A stretch of DNA of 52,087 nucleotides from Limnohabitans sp. (GTDB lineage Bacteria > Pseudomonadota > Gammaproteobacteria > Burkholderiales > Burkholderiaceae_C), in contig SHXP01000001.1 of the NCBI GenBank assembly GCA_009693225.1, forward strand, positions 1 through 52,087, read 5' to 3'. Position 1 is the first letter of the stretch. The number at the start of each line of letters is the position of its first letter. The position numbers were made by a program, and so were the translations under genes. Shown here piece after piece: positions 25,645-33,401 of the stretch. Under the pieces are notes generated by a model, which was given only the letters and a program-made list of their open reading frames with translations, searched no databases and was not told the origin of the DNA.

Positions 25645-26697
25645 TCAAGGTATTTGGGGAATGGCAATCCAATGGGATTGGCCCGTGATTTTGGCCGATG
25701 TCTTGACCTTGAGTTCGGCATAGTATTCGCTGACCGAGACGACTTCGCCCATCGCCAGACTGTCAAAGGCACGCGGTTCCAGGGCACGCGACGGCAGTTG
25801 CTGTTTGTTGGTCAACACCATGAACATGCCGGGCTTGACGCCGCTGTTGCTGCCGCCGGCGATACGGACCGAGTCGCTTTTGACCTTGATCACTTCAAAC
25901 TGCGGTACGCGGCAGGACAAGGCGCGTTCCATGCCTTGTACAAAGCCTTGCACGCTGGCTTGAATTTGCGTCAGCACCACCGCGTCAAGCGGTTTGGGCG
26001 AGTTGGGAATCAGACGCGGCTGGTTGACAGTGATTTTCTGTTCCGCGTGGTAAATGGCCTGGCCCTGACTGCGCGAAAGCAATTCCCAGTGGACCACATA
26101 GGTGGTGGCTTCACCGCTGTTGTCGCGACTGGGCGCCAGGCTCAGTTTGAGTTGCAAAGCAACGGTTTGTTCGCCCTGGCCCAGCAATTTCTGCTCGTAG
26201 TTATCGCTCAAGAGTTTGCGTTCGTTCAAGCGCCACGAAACGGCTTGCTTGCTCAGCAGCAATGCCTGTTTTCTAAACTGCTGCTCAACCTGCTGTGCCT
26301 CCCATTGGGAACCGGCAGGTATATTGAGTACCTGTGAATCCCACAGCATCTGGTGCCAGGCCACCGCTTGACCGGCGGTTTTGCAGCCATCGGCCGAGTG
26401 TGATTTGCTGTCCATGTTCAAGCCCGAGGCCTTGGGCTGCCCGTCTATGTCACGGCCATAGGCCATGACGCGGATACCGCGCACTTCCATGCCGGCGACA
26501 AAACTGCTGGCCTCGCGCAAGACACCATGACCGTCGATGAAGGCGCTGGCGCGTACTTGCGTGGGTCCTTCCATGGCGCGCACCACCAGTGCCTGACGGA
26601 TCGCCTCGAGCCGGTCTTCGGCATTCAGCGGTTCAGACAGCACGGGAGCGGCCGAGCACACGGTCAGGCAGCCGACAAGAAGGGCACGCAGTTTCAT
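25645..26697 (-). CDS. flgT: FlgT-like periplasmic flagellar (H-ring) protein
   Basis: Signal peptide; C-terminal LSCRVPQFEVIKV..DSVRIAGGSNSGVKPG resembles the FlgT C-domain; adjacent to flgP. N-terminal part is divergent. Confidence 0.55.
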   Translation of the reverse strand: MKLRALLVGCLTVCSAAPVLSEPLNAEDRLEAIRQALVVRAMEGPTQVRASAFIDGHGVLREASSFVAGMEVRGIRVMAYGRDIDGQPKASGLNMDSKSHSADGCKTAGQAVAWHQMLWDSQVLNIPAGSQWEAQQVEQQFRKQALLLSKQAVSWRLNERKLLSDNYEQKLLGQGEQTVALQLKLSLAPSRDNSGEATTYVVHWELLSRSQGQAIYHAEQKITVNQPRLIPNSPKPLDAVVLTQIQASVQGFVQGMERALSCRVPQFEVIKVKSDSVRIAGGSNSGVKPGMFMVLTNKQQLPSRALEPRAFDSLAMGEVVSVSEYYAELKVKTSAKITGQSHWIAIPQIP

Positions 26698-26717
26698 CGC
26701 AGACTTTGTGTTGAGAT

Positions 26718-27263
26718 TCAGCGGTTACCGCGAGAGGCGATTTGCGTGAGATACAGCATGCGCAAATCCTGCACCGCATTGCGGTCCAGCGACAAGGTGG
26801 TCTCGTAAGTATCGTCACCGACCGGCGTGATGCTGACCAGGGTGGCACCGTAGATCACACCTTCAACACGGGTGCGGAAGGTATCGTTCAACACCGTCAT
26901 GTCTGCCACGGTGGTGCTGGCGTCCAATTGCTGGCCATACACCTGTTCGGTCAAAGCACGGTAGGCATCAAGCTTGGAAGCACGGATGGCGAGCAAACGC
27001 TGTTGTGCGGCGTTCTTGTGGTTTTGGATGCTAATCACCGCATATCCGGTGGCCACCATGTTTTCCTTGCGCTCAAGCATGGGGGTGATCATGGAAACCG
27101 GCGCGGGTTCGGCAGCACTGCTGGGCGCGGTTTTACCCGGGGCAACGGGCGCAGGCGCTGCCAGAGTGAAGACAGGCGCAGGACCGGCGACTGAGGGTCT
27201 CATAGACTCGCAGGCACTCAAGGAAGCCAGCGCAACAAGTGTCAATGTCAAACGGTACAACAT
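26718..27263 (-). CDS. flgP: LPP20-family flagellar lipoprotein FlgP
   Basis: Lipobox LSAC; ATGYAVIS.Q....QQRLLAIRASKLDAYRALTEQVYG...VEGVIYGA...DTYETTL matches Vibrio-type FlgP. Confidence 0.85.
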   Translation of the reverse strand: MLYRLTLTLVALASLSACESMRPSVAGPAPVFTLAAPAPVAPGKTAPSSAAEPAPVSMITPMLERKENMVATGYAVISIQNHKNAAQQRLLAIRASKLDAYRALTEQVYGQQLDASTTVADMTVLNDTFRTRVEGVIYGATLVSITPVGDDTYETTLSLDRNAVQDLRMLYLTQIASRGNR

Positions 27264-27338
27264 GGTGATTTCCTCTCAGAATGAAACAGGTGTTGTCCGG
27301 CTCATCCGGGCTTGCCTGCTTCAAGGGGTACATGCGAA

Positions 27339-27365
27339 GAATCGACCGCTTGGTCCGGTTCTTTA
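27339..27365 (-). promoter_or_regulatory. sigma28 promoter of the flgP-flgT operon
   Basis: Minus strand TAAA(G)-N15-GTCGATTC, nearly identical to the fliC promoter elements. Confidence 0.7.
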
Positions 27366-27440
27366 AAAATTAATCCGTCAGTGTGTCGAATACTTTTGAC
27401 GGCTTGTCAGCGCAATAGCATCAGCGACAATCGATTCTGC

Positions 27441-28559
27441 ATGAAGTCGCAATCTTTTTTCATTGGTACCAGCCCTATCGCGCAAGCTTTGCGCCGTCTG
27501 ATCACCACCATGGCCAACTCTAACGCCACAGTGCTCATCACCGGTGAAAGCGGCACCGGCAAAGAGCTGCTGGCGCGCTCGCTGCATGAACAATCCGACC
27601 GTGCAGGCGGCGCTTTTGTACCTATTAACTGTTCAGCCATACCTAAAGAATTACTCGAAAGTGAACTCTTCGGTCACCGCAAGGGTTCCTTCACCGGTGC
27701 GGTCGCGGACCGCATCGGACGCTTCGAACTGGCCCACGGTGGCACCATTTTTCTGGATGAAATCGGCGACATGAGCCTGGGCATGCAAGTCAAACTGCTG
27801 CGTGTGTTGCAGGAACGCTTGATCGACCCGGTGGGCGCTACCCGACAGGTTCCCATCGATGTGCGTGTCATTGCCGCCACACACCGGGATCTGGAAGCAG
27901 AAATACAGGCCACGCGCTTTCGCGAAGATTTGTACTATCGGCTTAACGTCTTACCAGTGGTCACACCGCCTTTGCGCGAACGCAAGGAAGACATCCCCGA
28001 ACTGCTGCGTTTTTATGCCGGACACTACAAAAACGGCAACAACCACCCGGTGAGCTTTTCACCTGAATTTTCAGACGCCCTCATCAACTACCCCTGGCCG
28101 GGCAATGTGCGTGAACTGTGCAATCTGATAGACCGCTTCAGCACGCTGTATGCCGGTCAGGTGCTGGACCTGCGCGCCATCCCTTCCAATCTGCTGCCCA
28201 AGGGACTGATACCGCTACAAATCGAATTGCTCGAGCGCAGCGGACCGGCGACCGCCCAGGATATGACCATGCCTCCCGAAGTGCTGGCGGAAATGCAAAA
28301 CGACAGCGGCTTGACAGTGGATCAGCCCCAACCGCAGGACAACGAGGTCGAGAGCATCATCATGCTGGCCCAGGGCATGCCGCATTTACCGGTCGAGGGC
28401 ATGTCGCTCAAGGACCGGCTGGCGGAAATAGAACGCAACATCATTGAACAGGCGCTGGAACGCTCGCAGGGCAATGTGTCGCGCACCGCCAAGCTGCTGA
28501 ACCTTCAACGCACCACGTTGATAGAGAAGATCAACAAGTACGAATTACGCAGCGCCTGA
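27441..28559 (+). CDS. fleQ: sigma54-dependent flagellar activator, FleQ/FlrA-like, lacking an N-terminal regulatory domain
   Basis: Walker A GESGTGKE, ESELFGH.KGSFTGA, FLDEIGD, FREDLYYRLNV, WPGNVREL, Fis HTH ending LQRTTLIEKINKY. ATG 27441; the ORF-track upstream extension overlaps the divergent promoter. Confidence 0.85.
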   Translation: MKSQSFFIGTSPIAQALRRLITTMANSNATVLITGESGTGKELLARSLHEQSDRAGGAFVPINCSAIPKELLESELFGHRKGSFTGAVADRIGRFELAHGGTIFLDEIGDMSLGMQVKLLRVLQERLIDPVGATRQVPIDVRVIAATHRDLEAEIQATRFREDLYYRLNVLPVVTPPLRERKEDIPELLRFYAGHYKNGNNHPVSFSPEFSDALINYPWPGNVRELCNLIDRFSTLYAGQVLDLRAIPSNLLPKGLIPLQIELLERSGPATAQDMTMPPEVLAEMQNDSGLTVDQPQPQDNEVESIIMLAQGMPHLPVEGMSLKDRLAEIERNIIEQALERSQGNVSRTAKLLNLQRTTLIEKINKYELRSA

Positions 28560-28565
28560 AGTTTC

Positions 28566-29624
28566 TTATTTAGGATCCTGGTTCAGCACCGTGATGCTCA
28601 TACGGCGGTTGCGCGGGTCGAACTTATCTTTGGGATTGAACGGATCGGTATCAGCCACACCTTCGATGCGTGTGAAGCGGTCTTCCTTGATGCCTTTTTT
28701 CTGTAACAGCTGACGCGTGGCTTCGGCGCGTTCGGCTGACAGCGACCAGTTGTTTTTGCCGTCAGGGTTCTGAAAAGGCACTGCATCCGTATGACCGCGA
28801 ATAGCGACTTTGTTGGGCATATCGGCTAATGAGGCAGCGACTTCGGTGATCAAGGCAGAGGCCTTGCCTTGCATGCTGACACCGCCGCTGGGGAACATGG
28901 CGAAGTCGGCCTTGTCGATGATTTCAATGCGCAGACCGTCTTTGTCCCGGGTGATAGACACTTGGTCTTTGATCTGCTCGAACTTCTTATTTTCAGACAG
29001 TTTTTCATTGATCTCTTTTTCAAGCTTTTCAAAGTTTTCCTTGTCCTGCTGCTCGGCGATTTCTTTTTTCTGCGCCTTGGTCAGCTTATCCGGGTCGTTG
29101 CCGCCCTCGTCCTGGCTCTTGCCCTCGCCATTGCCGGAACTCGGGTCCTTGGCTTCGTTTTCGTTTTCAGGCGCCGGGTCGGTGTCCGGGTTGGGGCCGC
29201 CTTCCGATTTGGGTGTCAGGCGCTCGAGCAAACCGGTCTGGCGCATGGCGTAGGGAAACGCATCCGGGTCGATGATGGAACGACCGCCGAGCACGCCATT
29301 GGAGCCTGCGAGCTGGCCCACCGGGGTCAGGCTGTGTGAGGTGGGTTTGAAATAGTCGGCAATGCTTTTGCGCTGATCGGCGTTGGAAGCGCCCAGCAAC
29401 CACATCAACAAAAAGAAGGCCATCATGGCGGTCATCATGTCGGCCAGGGCGATCTTCCAGGCACCGCCGTGGGCACCGCCATGCCCGTCGGGCATTTTCT
29501 TAATGATGATGACCGGCGCAAGCGCCGCCGCGGCCTCGGGGGCCGGCGCCGGCGCCGCCTCGGCAAGAATGTCAGCCGGTGCAGCGTCTTCTGCTTGGGT
29601 AGGATCGGCTTTTTCGTCAGCCAT
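28566..29624 (-). CDS. motB: Stator protein MotB
   Basis: HGGAWKIALADMMTAMMAFFLLMWL with the conserved Asp; OmpA-like GHTD...NWSLSAERA...NRRMSI. Confidence 0.96.
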   Translation of the reverse strand: MADEKADPTQAEDAAPADILAEAAPAPAPEAAAALAPVIIIKKMPDGHGGAHGGAWKIALADMMTAMMAFFLLMWLLGASNADQRKSIADYFKPTSHSLTPVGQLAGSNGVLGGRSIIDPDAFPYAMRQTGLLERLTPKSEGGPNPDTDPAPENENEAKDPSSGNGEGKSQDEGGNDPDKLTKAQKKEIAEQQDKENFEKLEKEINEKLSENKKFEQIKDQVSITRDKDGLRIEIIDKADFAMFPSGGVSMQGKASALITEVAASLADMPNKVAIRGHTDAVPFQNPDGKNNWSLSAERAEATRQLLQKKGIKEDRFTRIEGVADTDPFNPKDKFDPRNRRMSITVLNQDPK

Positions 29625-29626
29625 GT

Positions 29627-30487
29627 TTATTTGCCTCGCATGCCGTCGAAGATTTCACCGAACGACGGCTGACAATGGTGGTTGATCACCGATCGTGCCG
29701 CCTCGATCACTAAGGGCATGGGATGTCCGTGCAGGTTAGCCACGATGAGCTGTTGCACGACCTTCAAGAGTTCACCGTCTTCATCGATCACCTGGGCAAT
29801 GCGAACCGCAAACGGGCCGGCGACACCGTAGGCCAACAGCACGCCCATGAATGTTCCCACCAAGGCGCTACCGATCAAAGCACCCAGGACAGGCGGGGGC
29901 TGGTCAATCGCACCCATGGTTTTCACCACACCCAGCACACAAGCCACAATGCCAAGCGCTGGCAAAGCACCTTCCATATTAGTCCAAAAGGCAGCTTTAA
30001 GCATTTCGTGGTGATGGTGATTTTTAATGGAAGCCGTCATCACATCTTCCACGGCATAAGGACTCAAATTGCCCGAGGACACCACCATCAAACGGACGGT
30101 GTCGCAAATCAAAGCCAGCAGCGAATGGTCTTGTAACAGCGGAGGAAACTCGGCAAAGATGGCACTTGACTCGGGATTTTCAATATGCGGTTCAAGCGCA
30201 ACCGCGCCTTCCGCTTTCAGAGTTTTCAATATTTTAGAGACCACCAGAATGACAGCCAAGTAATCTTCCTTGTGGTACTTGGGGCCCTTGAAAACCAAGC
30301 CCACGGCACTGAAACCGGCGCCGACCGTGGCCTTGCTGTTACTGATAAGAGCAGCACCGACCGCAGCACCAAAAATTTGCGCGAACTCCCAAGGCGCGGC
30401 CTTGATCACGGGTGTTAAATCGCCACCGTGTGCGACGAACACGCCGAACACTGCGATCATCAAAACTACAAGACCAACTGCTGCCAT
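29627..30487 (-). CDS. motA: Stator protein MotA
   Basis: ALEPHIENPESSAIF; LPALGIVACVLGVVKTM; ALVGTFMGVLLAYG. Confidence 0.96.
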   Translation of the reverse strand: MAAVGLVVLMIAVFGVFVAHGGDLTPVIKAAPWEFAQIFGAAVGAALISNSKATVGAGFSAVGLVFKGPKYHKEDYLAVILVVSKILKTLKAEGAVALEPHIENPESSAIFAEFPPLLQDHSLLALICDTVRLMVVSSGNLSPYAVEDVMTASIKNHHHHEMLKAAFWTNMEGALPALGIVACVLGVVKTMGAIDQPPPVLGALIGSALVGTFMGVLLAYGVAGPFAVRIAQVIDEDGELLKVVQQLIVANLHGHPMPLVIEAARSVINHHCQPSFGEIFDGMRGK

Positions 30488-30504
30488 GTTCTTACTCCAC
30501 TGTT

Positions 30505-30537
30505 AAGGCAAACGGGGTCGCATGACCCCATTGCCTT
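30505..30537. other. Strong stem-loop in the fliS-motA intergenic region / motA leader
   Basis: AAGGCAA-ac-GGGGTC-gcat-GACCCC-a-TTGCCTT. Confidence 0.6.
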
Positions 30538-30591
30538 CAAATCTGTCTGCCAGAGTAACTGAAAAGCAATACCCTGCGACGAGTCTTAACT

Positions 30592-31014
30592 TCAATTCAT
30601 GCCCATTCCCGCCTGCTGTGCACGCGGGATCAAGGCAGGCACGGTTTCCCATGCACTACGGATTTCTTTCATTAAGCCATGGATTTCTTCCAAAGCTTCT
30701 AAATTGTTATGAGCATTCACGTGCAACAAACGGCGCGTAACGTAGTCATAAAGTTCATTTAAATTCTTGGCCAGATCGCCGCCCGTTTCGAAGTCAAGCG
30801 CGCCTTGAAGACCCAGCACAATACGGCAGGCTCGGGCAATCGATTTGCCCTTGTCTTCCTGGTTTTTATGCAGGATATGGCCTTTGGCGGCAGATATGCT
30901 CTCAATCAATCCGTCAAACAGCATTTGTATCAGCTCAACACTGTTGGCCTTGGACACTCCGGTGCTGACCTTGACCTGTCCGTAGGATTCGATGGCTCTG
31001 TGATTGGCTCTCAT
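30592..31014 (-). CDS. fliS: Flagellin chaperone FliS
   Basis: ELIQMLFDGLI; LDFETGGDLAKNLNELYDYVTRRL; EIRSAWE. Confidence 0.96.
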   Translation of the reverse strand: MRANHRAIESYGQVKVSTGVSKANSVELIQMLFDGLIESISAAKGHILHKNQEDKGKSIARACRIVLGLQGALDFETGGDLAKNLNELYDYVTRRLLHVNAHNNLEALEEIHGLMKEIRSAWETVPALIPRAQQAGMGMN

Positions 31015-31051
31015 GACTTTGGCTCCTGTAATTCAATCTTTGACAATGAAT

Positions 31052-31078
31052 GATTCGGAGTCATGGGCTCGAACTTGA
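31052..31078 (-). promoter_or_regulatory. sigma28 promoter of fliS-motA-motB
   Basis: Minus strand TCAAG-N14-TCCGAATC. Confidence 0.7.
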
Positions 31079-31105
31079 GAATGATTCTGCGATTGCATAC
31101 GAAAG

Positions 31106-31828
31106 TCATGCAGTTACAGGCCTGGCTTGCTGTTCAGCGGCCGGGGCGACCTGCTGCGCTTGCGCAGCATTATCCAGGCCGGACAAATCAGGCTGCAACA
31201 ACTGCGCTTCAGGTGCCTCGACAAACGGCAGCGCCGGTGCGACTTCTTCAGCCGGCGGCAAATGCGTCTGATCTTCTTTGCCTTCAGGGTGAATCAACAG
31301 TGTGGCCGAATAAGCTTCTGTCAAACCTATACCGATGCGCGCATAAATCATGCCTGTCACCTGATCGAGCGACTGCTGTATGCGCAACACATCATCGGGT
31401 TTGGCGGCTGCGAAATCGGCGCCGGCCTGATAAATGCTGGCCAGATGGTGCATGGGCAACCAGGACTCGAGCGAGCCGCGCGGCGTGGGAATCATGCGGT
31501 TATTGGTCGGCACGCCGGCGGTACCGGCCTTGCCGTGGACATAACCCTCCATGAACACCTGTTCAATATGCTGGCGCAACACGGGTTCGTAATGCGGCTT
31601 GAGGTTGCCGACAAATTTGGCATCGACGCCCGGCACCGGAATGCCGCTCATGGCGTCCCACAGGGCTTTGCCGGATAACTCGCCGAACAATCCGTCGTTA
31701 TAGGTCTGCGGAATGTCTGATTTGTCATAACTCTGGTAAATCACATTCACCTTATCGATGATGTAGAGCACCAGAATAAAAACCAGCAGCAAACCCCAGG
31801 CGAAAAAAAGTTGGAAAAAACTGTTCAT
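31106..31828 (-). CDS. Hypothetical single-pass membrane protein (240 aa)
   Basis: N-terminal hydrophobic helix, globular middle, Ala/Gln/Pro tail; ATGA overlap with the fliA stop. Confidence 0.8.
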   Translation of the reverse strand: MNSFFQLFFAWGLLLVFILVLYIIDKVNVIYQSYDKSDIPQTYNDGLFGELSGKALWDAMSGIPVPGVDAKFVGNLKPHYEPVLRQHIEQVFMEGYVHGKAGTAGVPTNNRMIPTPRGSLESWLPMHHLASIYQAGADFAAAKPDDVLRIQQSLDQVTGMIYARIGIGLTEAYSATLLIHPEGKEDQTHLPPAEEVAPALPFVEAPEAQLLQPDLSGLDNAAQAQQVAPAAEQQARPVTA

Positions 31829-32580
31829 GCCATCCTCCGTCCGAATTTGCTGACCTGATCGTCACCCACTTGCAAAGTGCCGCGCAGTTTTTTAACCACC
31901 GAAGACAGAATCTGGCTGACGCGCGATTCGCTGACCTCCAGCACTTCGCCGATTTCCTTCAAATTCAGTTCTTCCACATAATAGAGTTGCATGACCAGTT
32001 GTTCACGCTCGGGGAAGCTGGCAATCGCATCGGTCACCGCTTCCATGAATTCGGCTTCCTCGACCATCACATCGGGCTGGCGCGAAGCATCATCTGCAAT
32101 GCTCATCACTTCTTCCGTGACAACTTCCAGCGAATAGGTTTCAAAGCGACGCGCCTTACCGAGTTCTTTCTGGAAATCCTCCAGTTCCTTACCCATGTAC
32201 TCGGCAATCTCGGCCTGGGTCGGCGCACGGCCGAGTTCAGAAGCCAGAGCATGCAGGGTTTCGTTGTGCGATTTGTTGAAAGCGACGGCCGAGCGCGGCA
32301 GAAAGGACAAACGCCTGACCTCGTCGAGCATCGCCCCGCGCACCCGACTGTGGGCAAAGTTTTCAAAGTCCACGCCCTTGCTCGCATCAAAAGCCCGCGA
32401 GGCTTCGAGCAGTCCCATCATGCCGACCTGTATCAATTCGTCGAGCTCCATGTAGGCAGGAACTCGCGCCTTCAAATGCAAGGCCACGCGTTTGACCATT
32501 CCCAGGTGGGCCAGTATCAGTTCCTCGCCCTGCGGGCGCGCCTGGCTGTACATCTTCATTGGTGACATCGTGCGCATCAT
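31825..32580 (-). CDS. fliA: RNA polymerase sigma28 FliA
   Basis: MVKRVALHL...LIQVGMMGLLEA...RVRGAMLDEVR; YVEELNLKEIGEVLEVSESRVSQI. Confidence 0.97.
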   Translation of the reverse strand: MMRTMSPMKMYSQARPQGEELILAHLGMVKRVALHLKARVPAYMELDELIQVGMMGLLEASRAFDASKGVDFENFAHSRVRGAMLDEVRRLSFLPRSAVAFNKSHNETLHALASELGRAPTQAEIAEYMGKELEDFQKELGKARRFETYSLEVVTEEVMSIADDASRQPDVMVEEAEFMEAVTDAIASFPEREQLVMQLYYVEELNLKEIGEVLEVSESRVSQILSSVVKKLRGTLQVGDDQVSKFGRRMA

Positions 32581-33401
32581 TGATTCGAACTGCTTTTCAA
32601 CAGTCGCTCCATGAAAAATTGCAAACCACCCGAAGGCTGGTCAATAGGTCGTAACTGGGTGCATAACTCCGCCAGACGGCGGAAGTCACGCGCTGCCGCG
32701 GTACCCGGGGCCAGCTCCATGACGGACTGGTATTTCTTGAGCGCTGCCAGCACCATTTCGTCGCGCTCAATAGCGGTCAGGTAATGCACAGATTCATTGA
32801 GGAAGCGCACGCACACATCGTTGAGGCGCTGGTAGAGTTTCCAGCCCTGTGTTTGCGTGTCGACCAGATTCGGCAGCAAATAAATTTCATCAAGATGCAT
32901 TTCCTGCGACATCACCTTGATGGTGCCGTAGGCGTCGGCGATCGATGCAGGGTCATCCTGCACCACCACAATGCGGCGATGACAGGCTGCCAGAAAGGCC
33001 AGTACCGACGGCGCAATACCGGCGGCCACATCGACGATCAGGTAATCCACATGCTTGCCCAGGTTGCTGAAGGACTGCACGATGCTGGCCGCCTGAATCT
33101 GGCTCAAAGCCGCCAGCTCCTGCATACCGGAAGCACCGGGAATCAGTTGTATACCCTGACGTGTCTTGATGACGATTTCTTCCAATGTTTTCTGACCAGC
33201 CAGAAAATGGCTCAGGTTGTATTCGGCGCGTGCGCCCAAGGCGATTTGTGCATTGGCCAGACCCAGATCGGCGTCAAACAACATCACATCGTGACCGCGC
33301 TGGGCCAGCGCCACCGCAAGATTGATCGACACCGTGGTTTTACCAACGCCGCCTTTGCCGCTGGCAATGCCTATGACTTCGGTGCTTTTTGTTTTACTCA
33401 T
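32577..33401 (-). CDS. flhG: MinD-like flagellar number regulator FlhG/FleN
   Basis: ASGKGGVGKT, DADLGLAN, DPASIADAYGTIK, C-terminal LQFFMERLL amphipathic helix. Confidence 0.95.
   Translation of the reverse strand: MSKTKSTEVIGIASGKGGVGKTTVSINLAVALAQRGHDVMLFDADLGLANAQIALGARAEYNLSHFLAGQKTLEEIVIKTRQGIQLIPGASGMQELAALSQIQAASIVQSFSNLGKHVDYLIVDVAAGIAPSVLAFLAACHRRIVVVQDDPASIADAYGTIKVMSQEMHLDEIYLLPNLVDTQTQGWKLYQRLNDVCVRFLNESVHYLTAIERDEMVLAALKKYQSVMELAPGTAAARDFRRLAELCTQLRPIDQPSGGLQFFMERLLKSSSNQ

Noticed and set aside
30505-30560. Possible c-di-GMP-I riboswitch (GGCAAAC followed by a hairpin)
   Set aside because: The motif is on the non-transcribed strand for motA and lacks the GNRA loop and GACGCAAAGC segment.
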